From the NCBI GenBank assembly GCA_903813345.2, contig CAIIXF020000001.1, positions 44,516,001 through 44,580,000 of the forward strand: a stretch of 64,000 nucleotides of DNA, given 5' to 3'. The notes under the pieces are model-generated. The model did no database searches, was not told the origin of the DNA, and saw nothing but the letters and a program-made list of their open reading frames with translations. Position numbers and translations under genes: made by a program. This document shows positions 36,973-49,234 of the stretch, in pieces. The DNA comes from Owenia fusiformis. Lineage: Eukaryota. Numbering within the stretch: position 1 is the stretch's first letter; each line of letters opens with the position of its first letter.

Positions 36973-39900
36973 TCACATTTTTTCAAAGCATTCTTTAGTG
37001 TTCTGCCAAATAGCTTTTCCCTGAAAAATATAAATATATAAAAATTAGCATTTGCAAGTAACAACTACCGGCTGTTGGTTACAAAATCACTGGTAATCTG
37101 CATAAAATAAACTTTCAAGGTTTAACATGATCAATGATAATAAAGCCACTCCTTGAAATAGTGAACAAATCACTATTTACTATTAGTTGCTGCTTGAGTA
37201 GCCAGATTAAGGGAGGAAAGGGTAAAAGGCAATTTTGCTTTGTTCATAGCTACTAGATATATACACATGGTTAATATACATATGTACACATGGCTGTGCT
37301 ATGATTCATTATATTCATGCTTCAAAACATCAAAGTAGCTTATCACAGTTTTGAATGAAAGAAAACTAATATAAATTGTGTCTGAGACACCACAAAGATG
37401 AAAAAAGGTATTACTCTGTGACTCACCTTTTTGCACTTTTCAATTTGTACTATGGCATAGTTTGTTAAAATTTCTTTGAGATCTTTGACTTTTTGTCTTT
37501 GAAATCGGTCAATGTCATTCAACGCATCTTCAACGAACTTCCTGAAATTTTAAAGAAAGACACTGATATTATATTTAGACTGTTTAGTTGCCATAGTTAT
37601 CAACTGCACATATTTGTTTTTAGTGAATTCTATAAATCATTTCTGATGATGATAATTGCCAAAAGGTCAAATCCATTTAATGATAGGCCAAGGCAAATAT
37701 TCTCAACATAGTGACAGAACTTCTAAATAAGGTTTAACTAAAAAGTTCCAATTGTTACTGGTAGCCACTATGACCGAAAACATTGATTATAGTTCGTAGT
37801 TAAAGTTGATCTTCTCATATTTATAAACCCCTAAATACAAATCCAATTAAATACATTATTTAAGGAATAAAGACCGAGATTTTATGATTTATGACCGAAA
37901 ATTTTATTCTGTTCATTGTTAAACGTAGCGATTGAGGTCTTTGGCAATGGCCAGAATAAGATTTGAGGTCATATATTTGACATAAATCATAAAATTGAGG
38001 TCTTTGTTATAATTCTAATATGATAAACAGACAAGAAACACAACTATTTGCATTTAAGAATTTTAGTGGTCATACATACTCCAATATAGACCAATAAATC
38101 AATATTGTTCTAGCCAGTGTGATGTCACGTATCATATTAGAATTCCCATTTTTATCCTCAAAGTGCATAATGTTCTGGTACTAGACATAGTACTTCCTCA
38201 CTCTTGATCTCATCCTACTTACTGTGCATCAGCACTGACAGCTCTTAATTCATTCTCTTGTTCTTCTATTTCTTTCTCTAGCTTCTCAATCTTTTCCTGT
38301 CGCTGTTGAGGTGTGTCGCCACCAAACAGTTTACTTTTCATTCCACTGAAGGAGAATCCTCCAGTTGATTTACCTTGGTTCTGTAAGCAAACATGTACAC
38401 TGTCCATGTAATAATTATTCTACTCACATGTACACTGTCCATGTAATAATTATTCTACTCACATGTACACTGTCCATGTAATAATTATTCTACTCACATG
38501 TACACTGTCCATGTAATAATTATTCTACTCACATATACACTGTCCATGTAATAATTATTATTCTCACATGTACACTGTCCATGTAATAATTATTCTACTC
38601 ACATGTACACTGTCCATGTAATAATTATTCTACTCACATGTACACTGTCCATGTAATAATTATTCTACTCACATGTACACTGTCCATGTAATAATTATTC
38701 TACTCACATGTACACTGTCCATGTAATAATTATTCTACTCAAGAACCACCTTTTAATCTATCATGCTTTATACAGTAAATACATTTTACACAATACATGT
38801 TATTTATTATCAAATGTGACAGGAATGAAATACATTCATCGAAGCAAGCTATCCATCAAAATGTGATATCTTACAAACCAAGACTGACTGCTCAAGGGTA
38901 ACAATGCCGGTTACAGTAGAAAATTCGAAATATTCCATCGTATCGATACATGGCTCCTTCAAGGGCTCATGTTGAGATCAAATCATCTCTGATTACACTG
39001 CTTGAAACCAAATCCTCTCTGATTACACTGCTTGAAACGAAAGTAAATGCCTTGTAGTTGTACCTTACCAACTTACCAAGAGTTCTTTCTGGGCAGCTTT
39101 ATATGAGAGTGCATCTTCACACTGTTCAAGCTTTAATTGCACAAGTTCTTGCTTCCTACACACTGACCTTAAATGAAAAATACATATGTAAGCACAAGGG
39201 AAGACAATAGAAATGGGTTCAAGTTAAATGGCCATACTAGCATTGTATGTTGTGATCATGACACAATTGCGCCAGACAATCATTAGAACATTTAATAACA
39301 ATGTAATGTAAAACCTGAACTGAGAGAACATACCTCAGGGCATCTCCAAATGCGTAATATTCTTTCAGTTGGTCTGCAAAAGATTCCTCATCCTCTAGTA
39401 TGCCATCTATACATGATGAGTAACTGAAATGATGCAATACAATTAAATCTCTAATGAACTTTATAAATGCTACATGTCAAAACGTTACCTTGACCCTATA
39501 GAGAAAGGATGAGATATCCACTATTCAAAAGGTCAAAATCTCTGTAGTCTGACAATGAAGATATTTGTCAAATACACATGGGTTGAAAAATAGCAGATCA
39601 TGGATTTAAAATTCAGCATAAAATGTTAAGAGTTTGAAAGTAGAATTTGGTATTAGACGAGATGATAGTCCTATATAGGAATCCCACAATATTTTATCTA
39701 ACCTTTTTATGTTATCTTGATATTTGGGCACCTATCCAATTCCTTATTTGATTTCAAATCATTTTTTTATCACAAAAGGAATATTATACCGTTAACATTT
39801 GGCTTGTCATGGGGTGAACAAACCACTAACAAATCTACAAAGAACCATGATTGAAAAAAGGAAAAATCAGAAAAATGCCCAAATAATGTATGTGGTCAAA

Positions 39901-42900
39901 GTGTGAAAACAATGTTCATTTTGATATTCAATGATTCATAGAGCAATGTTTGAATTGCTATGAAACTATAAACTGATACTTCTATTAAATTGTGGGATAT
40001 AAAAGAGAACACAGCCAATCTACAACAGTACCATACTCAAACAGAACTGACTGTACAGTACCATACTATTAATGTACCATACAGTTCTATGATTTTAGAG
40101 CATGGATTGGGGGTGTACTTTCATTCCATACCTATCCATAAAGTGTCCAGCACTTTGTAATCCATCCCCCATCTCCTTTTCTAAGCCACTCCATTCACTG
40201 AACACCCGACCATAGTTAGCATGTATCCTGTGTACACCAAACTCCTGGTCTGCCATTTTCTACAATATATCAAGATAAAAAGACAGCTAATAAAACTGGC
40301 TTAGCTAACACATGGACTTTCTGGCATGTTGTGGAAAAATATTCTTAACTGACATTTGGTCACAGACTTCTGAAACAGCTAATAGCATTGTTCCAAACCT
40401 CTATAATGAGTTATATTTCAGGTTAAACTCTTCCCTTAACCTGGAAAGTATATTGGATTAGCCATTCATTGGTTATTGGAAAAGTGAAAGTTGCTTCCTT
40501 TTTAAAAATTGCAGTAAAATGTTCTGAACTTTTATCCCCTCCCCAAGCATAATTATTATTGTATATTGGCATACAATGCACGATCCAAACAACAAAAACG
40601 TTAAAAAACTCAAATACAAGCATGTTCAAAGGTCCAACTCACAGAAGTGGACTTGTAAAGTTCCAACTACATGTTAATGAGACATGAGCTACTTACAGCC
40701 CTGATTCTGAGAATGTTGTGTATATGGGTCTGCAATTCATTGCTGTATGCCTTGAACTCTTCAAATCTCCTGAAAAGGGATGAAAAATTTTCTAAAACAG
40801 TATAATAATCACATTTGGTTATATAGCAAGGTACATAAATATGATTTACCATATTGGCATTCACTGCCAGATCGATACCCAGTTTTCTAAATATAATTGC
40901 TAATTGTACAACAATATACCGTAGATGTTCATTATAGAGTATAGACTAAGAGAAATGTCTGATAAATTATCGAAATTTGAAATTATCAAGGTCATGGAAT
41001 GTCAAGGTCACATTTACAGGTCAATGTTACGTCATAGGTTTTGTGTAGTTGAGTATATTGATAGTCAATGTCAATTTGTTAGTCTAGACATTAATAGGTA
41101 AATGTCATTAGTGAAAATATAATCAAACAAGTCATTAACATGACAAAATGTCACCACCTTGTTGCTCACAATATTATGAGTTCAATCTTAAGTCAAATTT
41201 GAATTTCTTAGAACTTGTAGATGCTTTTGAAAAAATAAATTGGTCAATTTGAAGCAAGTTGTAAAAAGACCTTTTTTGACCCTGAGAATGTCATTGAAGG
41301 TGGAATCTCAAATCTAAATTCAGATTTGAACTTCTGACAACATGTAGATGATTGTGAAAAAATTGGTCAATTTGAAGCAAGATGAAAAAAGATCTTTTTG
41401 ATCTTGAGAATGTCATTGAAGGTCAAATCTTTTTTGACCTTGAGAATGTCATTGAAGGTCAAATCTATAGTCAGATTTGAACTGTTGAGAACTTGTAGAT
41501 GATTTTGAAAAAAAGATTGGTCAATTTGAAGCAAGTTGAAAATACCTTTTTGACCTATTTTGACCTTGAGAAGGTCATTGAAGGTCAAATCTCAAATCTG
41601 AAGTCAAATTTGAACTCCTGATAACTTGTAGATGATTTTGAAAAAAGAAATTTGTCAATTTGAAGCAAGTTGAAAAAAGACCTTTTTGACATTTTTTGAC
41701 CTTGAGAAGGTCATTTAAGGTCAAATCTCAAATCTAAAGTCACATTTGAACTTCTGATAACTTGTAGATAATTTTGAAAAAAAGAACTGGTCAATTTGAA
41801 GCAAGTTGAAAAAATACCTTTTTGACCTTTTTTGACCTTGAGAAGGTCATTGAAGGTCAAATCTCAAATATTAAGTCAGATTTGAACTTCTGATTGCTTG
41901 TAGATGATTCAAAAAAAAGAACTGGTCAATTTGAAGCAAGTTGAAAAAATACCTTTTTGACCTTTTTTGACCTTGAAAAGGTCATTAAAGGTCAAATCTT
42001 AAATAGAAAGTCAGATTTGAACTTCTGGAAACATATAGATGATTTTGAAAAAAATTGAAGTCAGTCTAAACAGTATTTGTTAAGTTATTGGAAGTTGTAA
42101 GAATTTGTTACAGACACCGATCGCCAACCACCGATCGCCATCTGCCGTAAAAAAAACGGAGACCATAACAATATTTCACCACCACTTTTTGGTGATTACA
42201 TAAAAATCAATGAAAATATAATCAAATAACGAATAATGACATCCTGAGAGGCCAAAATAGTTTGAGGTTATATTCAAATGACAAAAACTGATATTTGTGA
42301 TATTCAATCATATCAAATCTAGTGACCATAGAGTACGCTTGTGAAGTTATGAATGTTGATATTACAAATCTACTACTATCGCATCAAATATTCATCACCA
42401 TTGCATAAAAAATCTTCATTTGTTCATATCTTGATTTCACGAAAGATTTATAAGACATATCTCGTTAATTGTGCATCAGTGAATACAGATTATGGCAGCT
42501 GAGGTATAATAAAAACAGATTACGTAGATAGACCCCTGCTGTGTGCTAAAGATAACATTTTTTTAAAGTTTGAATAAGCTGAAATAAACCATCCACATGA
42601 TTCCAAAGCAGCTGTATGCTCGGTTTAAATTGATTCAATGAAAAATAGTGAATTAATTCAACTCAAAATATGTCCGCTATTGGCTGATAACACCTCTCTC
42701 AAACACAGGGTCCAACTTTTGTTTTGTATCGAAACCAACAACACAATGAAAAAAGCGTGAATTTAAATTTTAGACCTACAAGATGTTTGAAAATCAAGAA
42801 CTGAAAGAAAGTTTCTTATTCCATTAAAAGCAAAACAAAAATGCATTTATGTCGGTACATTACATTTTTATACCGAGTTTCTCTTTTTAGCAGAGTTTGA

Positions 42901-44131
42901 GAAGCTACAAATTTTCAAGGAATTCACAACTACAAGTCTAGTTATCACGCTATATTGTATTTATGGTAAAATATGGTTAGGTCAAAGATATAACTGTCTT
43001 GAATCAGAACCTGGTCTTTTATTAGATTGAAAGGTTATCCTATTATAAAGTCAAAACTGTTAGACTTTCTTGAAAAGAGACAGCATGGAATAATGAGCAA
43101 AATTGTGAAAAATTCTGACGCGTTTTATAATGCCATATAATCTTCTGAATTTTTTGGAAAAGGAACTCTTGACCGACGGACAGACAGGCGGACGCCCGAC
43201 AATATGGCCTCACACTATGTGGTGGGGACATAATAAAAATACAAATATTTTATCAGATAAATATCAATCAAAGTCTGAGATTCAGATCAATCACTGAATC
43301 AAATCGACGACTACATGGACGAGGTCTTCATGCATTTTTATCGCAAATTCAGTTTTAAAACAACATTGAATCGCATGATTTAATTTATATAATGACTGCT
43401 TACATTCCAATGTAAATTTAACTAGAGTGGTAATTTGAACAAGTTCAATTTCAGACTCCAGATTGGATTGACCTAGATAGCTGAGTAAGTAGTTGAGTAA
43501 TAAGCTGATTAGGTAGCTGAGTAAGTAGCTAAGTATGTAGCTGAGTAAGTAGCTTAGTAAGCAGCTGAGTAAGTAGCTTAAAAGTTATCTGATCAAGTTC
43601 GTGCCATTGACTTTTACATAGTGATATCACCATATCAATGTTTCGAGACTTCAAAATGCCATTACTTCCGAACCGCCCACCTAATGTGGGATTGCGCAAT
43701 AATTTTCTGCTCTCTTAGAAGTATGGCTATATAATACTCAAATTGAAAGAATTTTAGAGTAGATCATAAATATGGTATCGTTTTCTGATTTGTGCCTCAG
43801 AAAATTCAAAATGGCTGCCTAGAGCAGGAATTCGCAATTACTTGAGATATCTTTAGTATGGTTACATGATACTACATTGATCTCAAGTGTTTATTGAAGG
43901 GAAGAGTAGATGGTAAATATTACATTGTGACTGTGCAGAATCATGATTTATATAGTGTTTGTTGGGATTTGTTTGTCCGTGGAGTTGCCGATTTCTAGTT
44001 AAAATGGACTGAGTAGAAGGAGGAATTTTCTAATCACCTAGTGCGCTTATTACAGAGAATATGGCAGTTACTTACTTGTCAGGTTTCTTCAGTCTGTATG
44101 CCGCACTGAGTGCCTTTATTTTAGAATCTGC
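36973..44131 (-). CDS. SNX4: Sorting nexin-4, last 8 exons (BAR domain); PX-domain exons not in window
   Basis: Exons 44131-44076, 40769-40697, 40259-40132, 39423-39334, 39167-39077, 38380-38223, 37541-37427 and 37020-36973 join in frame: ADSKIKALSAAYRLKKPDKRFEEFKAYSNELQ...HANYGRVFSEWSGLEKEMGDGLQSAGHFMD...FADQLKEY...KLFGGDTPQQR...KKGKAIWQNTKECFEKM*. This closely matches my recollection of the human SNX4 C-terminus. Confidence 0.93.
38391..38740. repeat. 35-bp tandem repeat, 10 copies
   Basis: ACATGTACACTGTCCATGTAATAATTATTCTACTC repeated head to tail, nearly perfect, with no spacers. Confidence 0.97.
41125..42205 (-). mobile_element. Family A DINE/HINE-like element with internal array of about 135-bp units (about 6-7 copies)
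   Basis: Ends match the reverse complement of 5927-6066; the internal motif TCAATTTGAAGCAAG recurs about every 135 bp (41521, 41655, 41791, 41926). Confidence 0.75.
43477..43580. repeat. 12-bp degenerate tandem repeat (TAGCTGAGTAAG)
   Basis: About 8 imperfect copies are visible. Confidence 0.85.
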
Positions 44132-47100
44132 CTGAAAATACAAGAAAGAATCATAATAAGTAATTGAATCCACTAGTCCAAATTGATGCCTGTGTGAACA
44201 AATCCATGTGGCCACATTGATATTTCTATAGGCCAACCAGCTCCTTATTCTTGACTGGTTGATATAATGTTAAAAGAGGTAGGAATGTCCAAGAGTAAAT
44301 ACCACATTCACACAATGAATTGACATATATTGTAATGGCCTTCAGACTGAGACACAGATTTGTGCTTTATTGGATTGTACCCATGTTTCAGGTAACAGTG
44401 TCTGCCTCCAAATCTGACACTTTCACTATCTGGCCACTATGATGACACAAAACAAATACAACCAGATGATGGCGACAGTAAGTTGTAGCAAATGTCAAGT
44501 GAAAAGGCCTCAGCTAGCTTTTCTCTAAATGACCATTATACTGGATGAATGGTCAAAAGTGGCATGTATTTATACATAAAACATCAACAAAAACGCTCTT
44601 AATATAAGAAAGAGTAGACAAGGCGGTTCTGCTTCTGTACTAATTTTCATTATATGTGTAGAAATTATTATAAACATATATGCTGAATAAGTAATTTTCA
44701 AAAAATCACCCATACTTTTGACTAACTTATTTGAAAAGTTCTTTTTTAGACAGATGGAGGTGTTCTTTGTTTAATGAGATCATTGCCTTTTATCAGGAAT
44801 GCAAATGATGTTGTGGGTTTCATGGAAATGTGATTAACAAATACTTAACTTGAGTGGTATTTCCTTTAATAGAATATTAAAATCTGTATAAAAAAACAAG
44901 ATAGCAAATATCTTGTGATAAATTTTTATTTCTTGTAAATTAATAAAATTCTCATGCTTGGATAAGTAAGTACATGTGGATATCATGTAGTAAATAATTA
45001 AATTCTTGAGAATCAGGATTAGCTCCACCAGGCAATTAACTAAAGGAGCTACACCTACTCTACAAATCGCTTGTTTTTATCATCTGAATTATCAAACTGC
45101 CTGGATAGCATATTTATTGGTTTATCGAAATAAAACAAGTGGCCTTACATACAATATTTTTAAAATAAATATTGGTATAAGTCTTTAATCATGATGTTGT
45201 GTTTTGACTACAAAGTAATAATACTATGACTGTAATGTACTATATAGTACAGAGTCAATGACCTTCCTGATGAATATTAAGTTTGAGTAAATAGAGATTA
45301 TCCTAATCTACGGCCCCCGGGCAGATATATTATATTTGCCTCGGGATAATCCAAATATCCTGAACCGACTATGGGATAATCTGTTTATCCCATACCAATC
45401 TTGGTCATCTCAAAGTTCAGGAAGTTCAACCAACCGTGGAAATATTTTAGAATATTCATGTTCAGTTCATGGCCGGGTTTTCCTGTTCTTTCAGATATTC
45501 ATCAATATTTATTTTCTCGAAATTTTGATTATTAACAGGATGCTCCATCAAACACATCGAGATTGTCTGCGTTTTTCTCCATTGTCGTTTACAGTTATTA
45601 TGTGAACGTTACAAAAAAAGAACCAATATGCGAACGGCGATTATGACGTAAGGCTATATCTACCCACTGATGAAAATATAAGTTTTTACAAACCTACTTT
45701 ATGTACCTGTAACACGTCCAAGTATGGGATAAAGATATTTATGCATTCATGATTTATGACAGTGAAAAGGAGGATTACAGTTGCACCCGGGTGCATTTAT
45801 TCCTTTTTAAATAGTTTTTTTCACGGACCAGGGTTCACCAGTGTTTAAAGTCTCCGATAAATCGGGCTACGTATACCGCCGTGTTTACATTAGGGGATTA
45901 GAAGAGTTTATTTTTTATTTAGGTATGCAAGCTACGTATATCAATATTAGGCCTTCATTCATGTACTCGTGTGCATGTAATCAGCATGCCCTTCAATATT
46001 ATGTAAACCAGGCTATTCAAGTACTGTATAATGTACACTATTTATGTGTGTACACAATACAATTCCCTGGGAAACAAAACACAAATACTTTTTATATGTT
46101 CAAAATGAGCCATTTGATTGATGCAAACACTAAATAGCTTCATAAATAACATCTACAAAGTATATCTAATAGTAATTTTCAATTTCAATGGTGAAACTTC
46201 CCTGGTTACGATTATATGGGAAATCATCATGAGACGAAGATCGTTCGCCTTCCTGGCTTACCTCTGAATCGTGTACCCGGTAATCTCTTTATATAGTTTA
46301 GCGAGAGCGGTGCGCCTGCGCAGTTTTAAACTTTGGCGCACACTTTAAGGCCATTGCAAATTAAATAAGTAGGAAAAATAAAAACTCGTTTAATTACAAT
46401 TTTATATCTGTTATTTTGTATCTACCAAGACGTTAAACATATTAAAAATAGTTATGACCAGTTGACATTAGGAACATGAAACATATTTATTTCTATTCAT
46501 AAATATGGATAATATTTGAATAAAATACACGCTATTACCACCCTCCAGTGTCGACAATTTCTGTTGTGTCAGTCAGGAATTTTTTTTATAATATAGTGTT
46601 AATAACGAAGAACCCTTCTAATAAAGGCGATTAAATCCAGGTTTGAAAACTTGAAAATAACACGAAAAACACCAATTTTATGAATCGTTCACATTTTTTG
46701 CAAAGGCGGATTTGGATAACAGCAAACCCGGGTTTTGAGGGCGCAGCTTATGCCAACAAGTGCTTCTGCACCTGAGGGATGTATGTCCCAAGGGCAGATA
46801 ATAATATTGGCCATGGGCCAATCGCAAAATCTTATATAACCTAATATGAACCTAATATAGGATAATCTGCTTATCCCATACCCTTGTATATTCTTCAGAT
46901 ACACTATAATTTCTCAAGCACATAATTATTTTCGTGAAAATACAACTCTTTACAACCCTGTTTTATGTATGTCAAACACGTCAAAGTAAGGGATAAATAT
47001 GTTTATTCTACCCTACATAATTTCATCTTGTTCTATAAAATAGTATGACATCATCTGTCTATTTGTTTTCATAATGTACAAAACAATGACATAGATCTTT

Positions 47101-47380
47101 TTGTAATTTAAGATGAATAACTTTGAATATATCGACATTAAGTCAATAAAAGTGTTATTTTGACATTTATGCCATCATTTAAGACAACACCATGCTGTTT
47201 TTAGAAGGAAAGATAGTGATATAACTATACAGATGAATAAATGATGATATTATTTTTCTTGTCAATTTACAAAAATAAGAAATAACATTCCATGAATCAA
47301 TTTCATAATTACTGCAATCTTAAATAATATCTTAAATAATATCCCAAAGGAAAAATAATGTAAATGTTGAAATTGTTTCA

Positions 47381-47455
47381 TATAAAACATAACAAAAGTC
47401 ATAATGATAAAATGATCAATGTGACCACATCTAAGGTTGACACAGTAGGTTGCAG
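47381..47455 (+). promoter_or_regulatory. Probable TATA box and non-coding first exon of CBM14-VWA gene A
   Basis: TATAAAA at 47381 and a strong CAG|GTAAGT donor at 47455; the same layout as the paralog promoter at 54911-54975. Confidence 0.45.
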
Positions 47456-47764
47456 GTAAGTGCACATTAAAAAATTATTTATTAGTGGAATATTTAGACG
47501 ATATGTCATACATATTCATATACGTATGTGATACTTTAAGTACATGAACGACCATCAAGAGACAAATTTTCTATTGACGAGTGAGGGGAACATATTAAAA
47601 GAATCTGCTGACATGATAAATTATCTAAAGATTGGTAGAGACAGGATTCTTATATCAAAGTAACATTTCATATGTCATTTGAAGAATGTAATCCTATTTT
47701 CTTTACTTCATTGCTATTTTTACTGCTAATAAAAGTTGTATGTTGGAATGTATGTTTGCCCCTT

Positions 47765-48576
47765 ACCCCCCTATCACACCAAACTAGTTCTTACCCGTTC
47801 TTGCCAGTCCTACGAAAAAGTCGTAAAACGGGCTCAATCTGGCTGTGGTCGGGAAATATGTATAAAATAATTAGCTAATTCGTTCATAAACAGTCTTCAG
47901 TACGTCCATCTCATTCTCAGTTCGTTCAGGTCGCACCAGGTCGGTGTGCAACGTCGTATAACGCGTCCCTAAGTCTAGAAGGTCATCATGACCTGATTAC
48001 AGAACGGTATGGTCGTCATCGAATTTTGAATCGATTCAAAATTCTAAAATCACCTTCCAGTCTGAGAACATTCATGAAGTTCGTAAATAGACCTTAGAAA
48101 GTTGCTGCTACGTTCATTCCGTTCGCACACAGTTTAAAACCAGTTTTGAAGAACGCAGTGGCAACCTTTTTGGTGTGATAGCTATATTTTTGCTAACTCG
48201 TTCATAAGCAGTCTTAAATATGTTCTTAAACAGTTTAAACCCGTTTGCAATTAGTTCTACCTCGTTCTCAATATGTCCTCAAACAGTCCAACTCTTTGTT
48301 AAAACGTCCCTAGTAGGAATGAAGTACGACGGTTCCGTTCGTAGTACGTCCAGCTCGTCGTTAGTACGTTGTCACTCGTTCTAATTCTAGAACGTATCGA
48401 CCGCTAGAACATTTTGAGCATGTTCTAAGTTCTAAGGGACCTACCCATTCGAGTACGTTCGATGAAGTTTGTAAATAGACCTCAAACGGTTCTAAATACG
48501 TCCAGTCCGTTCGTACACAGTTGAAGCCCGTTTTCGAGAACGTAGTGAAAACTAGTTTGGTGTGATAGTAGGGTTA
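47765..48576. mobile_element. MITE, possibly Harbinger-like
   Basis: TIR CTATCACACCAAACTAGTT ... AACTAGTTTGGTGTGATAG, with an internally duplicated 3' segment (about 48070-48182 vs 48460-48570). Confidence 0.65.
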
Positions 48577-49234
48577 AAGGGAATCAGTACAAATAAATCC
48601 TATTGTATTATTCAGAGGATATCCTAGGATTTTTAAAAGACACATTCTATGATTTTCGATAGACATACTCAAGGAATAAAGACCGAGATTTTATAATTTA
48701 TTTTATGAAAAACATGTAGAATCTCTTAAGATTTTTGAAAGCCATATTTAGAGCAAGATAAAAAAAGATGAAAGATGAGCTGAAAGTTGTCGTAAAGTTA
48801 CGTGAACACCTTTCAATCCTCAGTCTAAATATGGCTTTTCAAGGTTCAACAGACGAATGGACCTGCATGCATAGTTCGAAAATTGAATCATCAGAGAAGG
48901 TATTTTAAACCACAAAGTCAACTCTAAAGCCTGAAAAAAAAATTTTGAACAATTTTGTCGGCTGCATGTTACAATGTGCCTTTAACTTTAAAAAGAATTG
49001 TTCAGCTTGCTCACGATTGCAAGATTTGATTTTCTCTTAAAAGGACAGTCTCTCAGATTCTTTATTTTTTTAAACTGTTTTTTTTTCTAAATTGATACCA
49101 AACATTGGTCTAGGATCTATAGTTTAGGATATCTACATAAATTATTAGCTACAGAATAACATAGATTTGTAACTTTGTTCCAGAAATAAATAGAACCCAC
49201 AAAACTACAGCACAAAGCACCAAAAAGTGTAACA

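Noticed and set aside
36970..36975. TGA stop of SNX4 as a selenocysteine or readthrough site
   Set aside because: It matches the expected SNX4 C-terminus and is followed by a second TGA.
38391..38740. CRISPR-like 35-bp repeats
   Set aside because: The units are head to tail with no spacers, in an animal intron, and no cas genes are present.
45300..47000. GC-richer segments that might be SNX4 5' exons or a promoter
   Set aside because: Two related repeat copies (shared GGGCAGATA...GGATAATCTG.TTATCCCATACC and AACACGTC.AAGTA.GGGATAAA); no PX-like translation was found.
47672..47878. ORF with a hydrophobic N-terminus as the signal exon of gene A
   Set aside because: It runs into a MITE, and exon 49235-49313 fits better by phase and by similarity to gene B.
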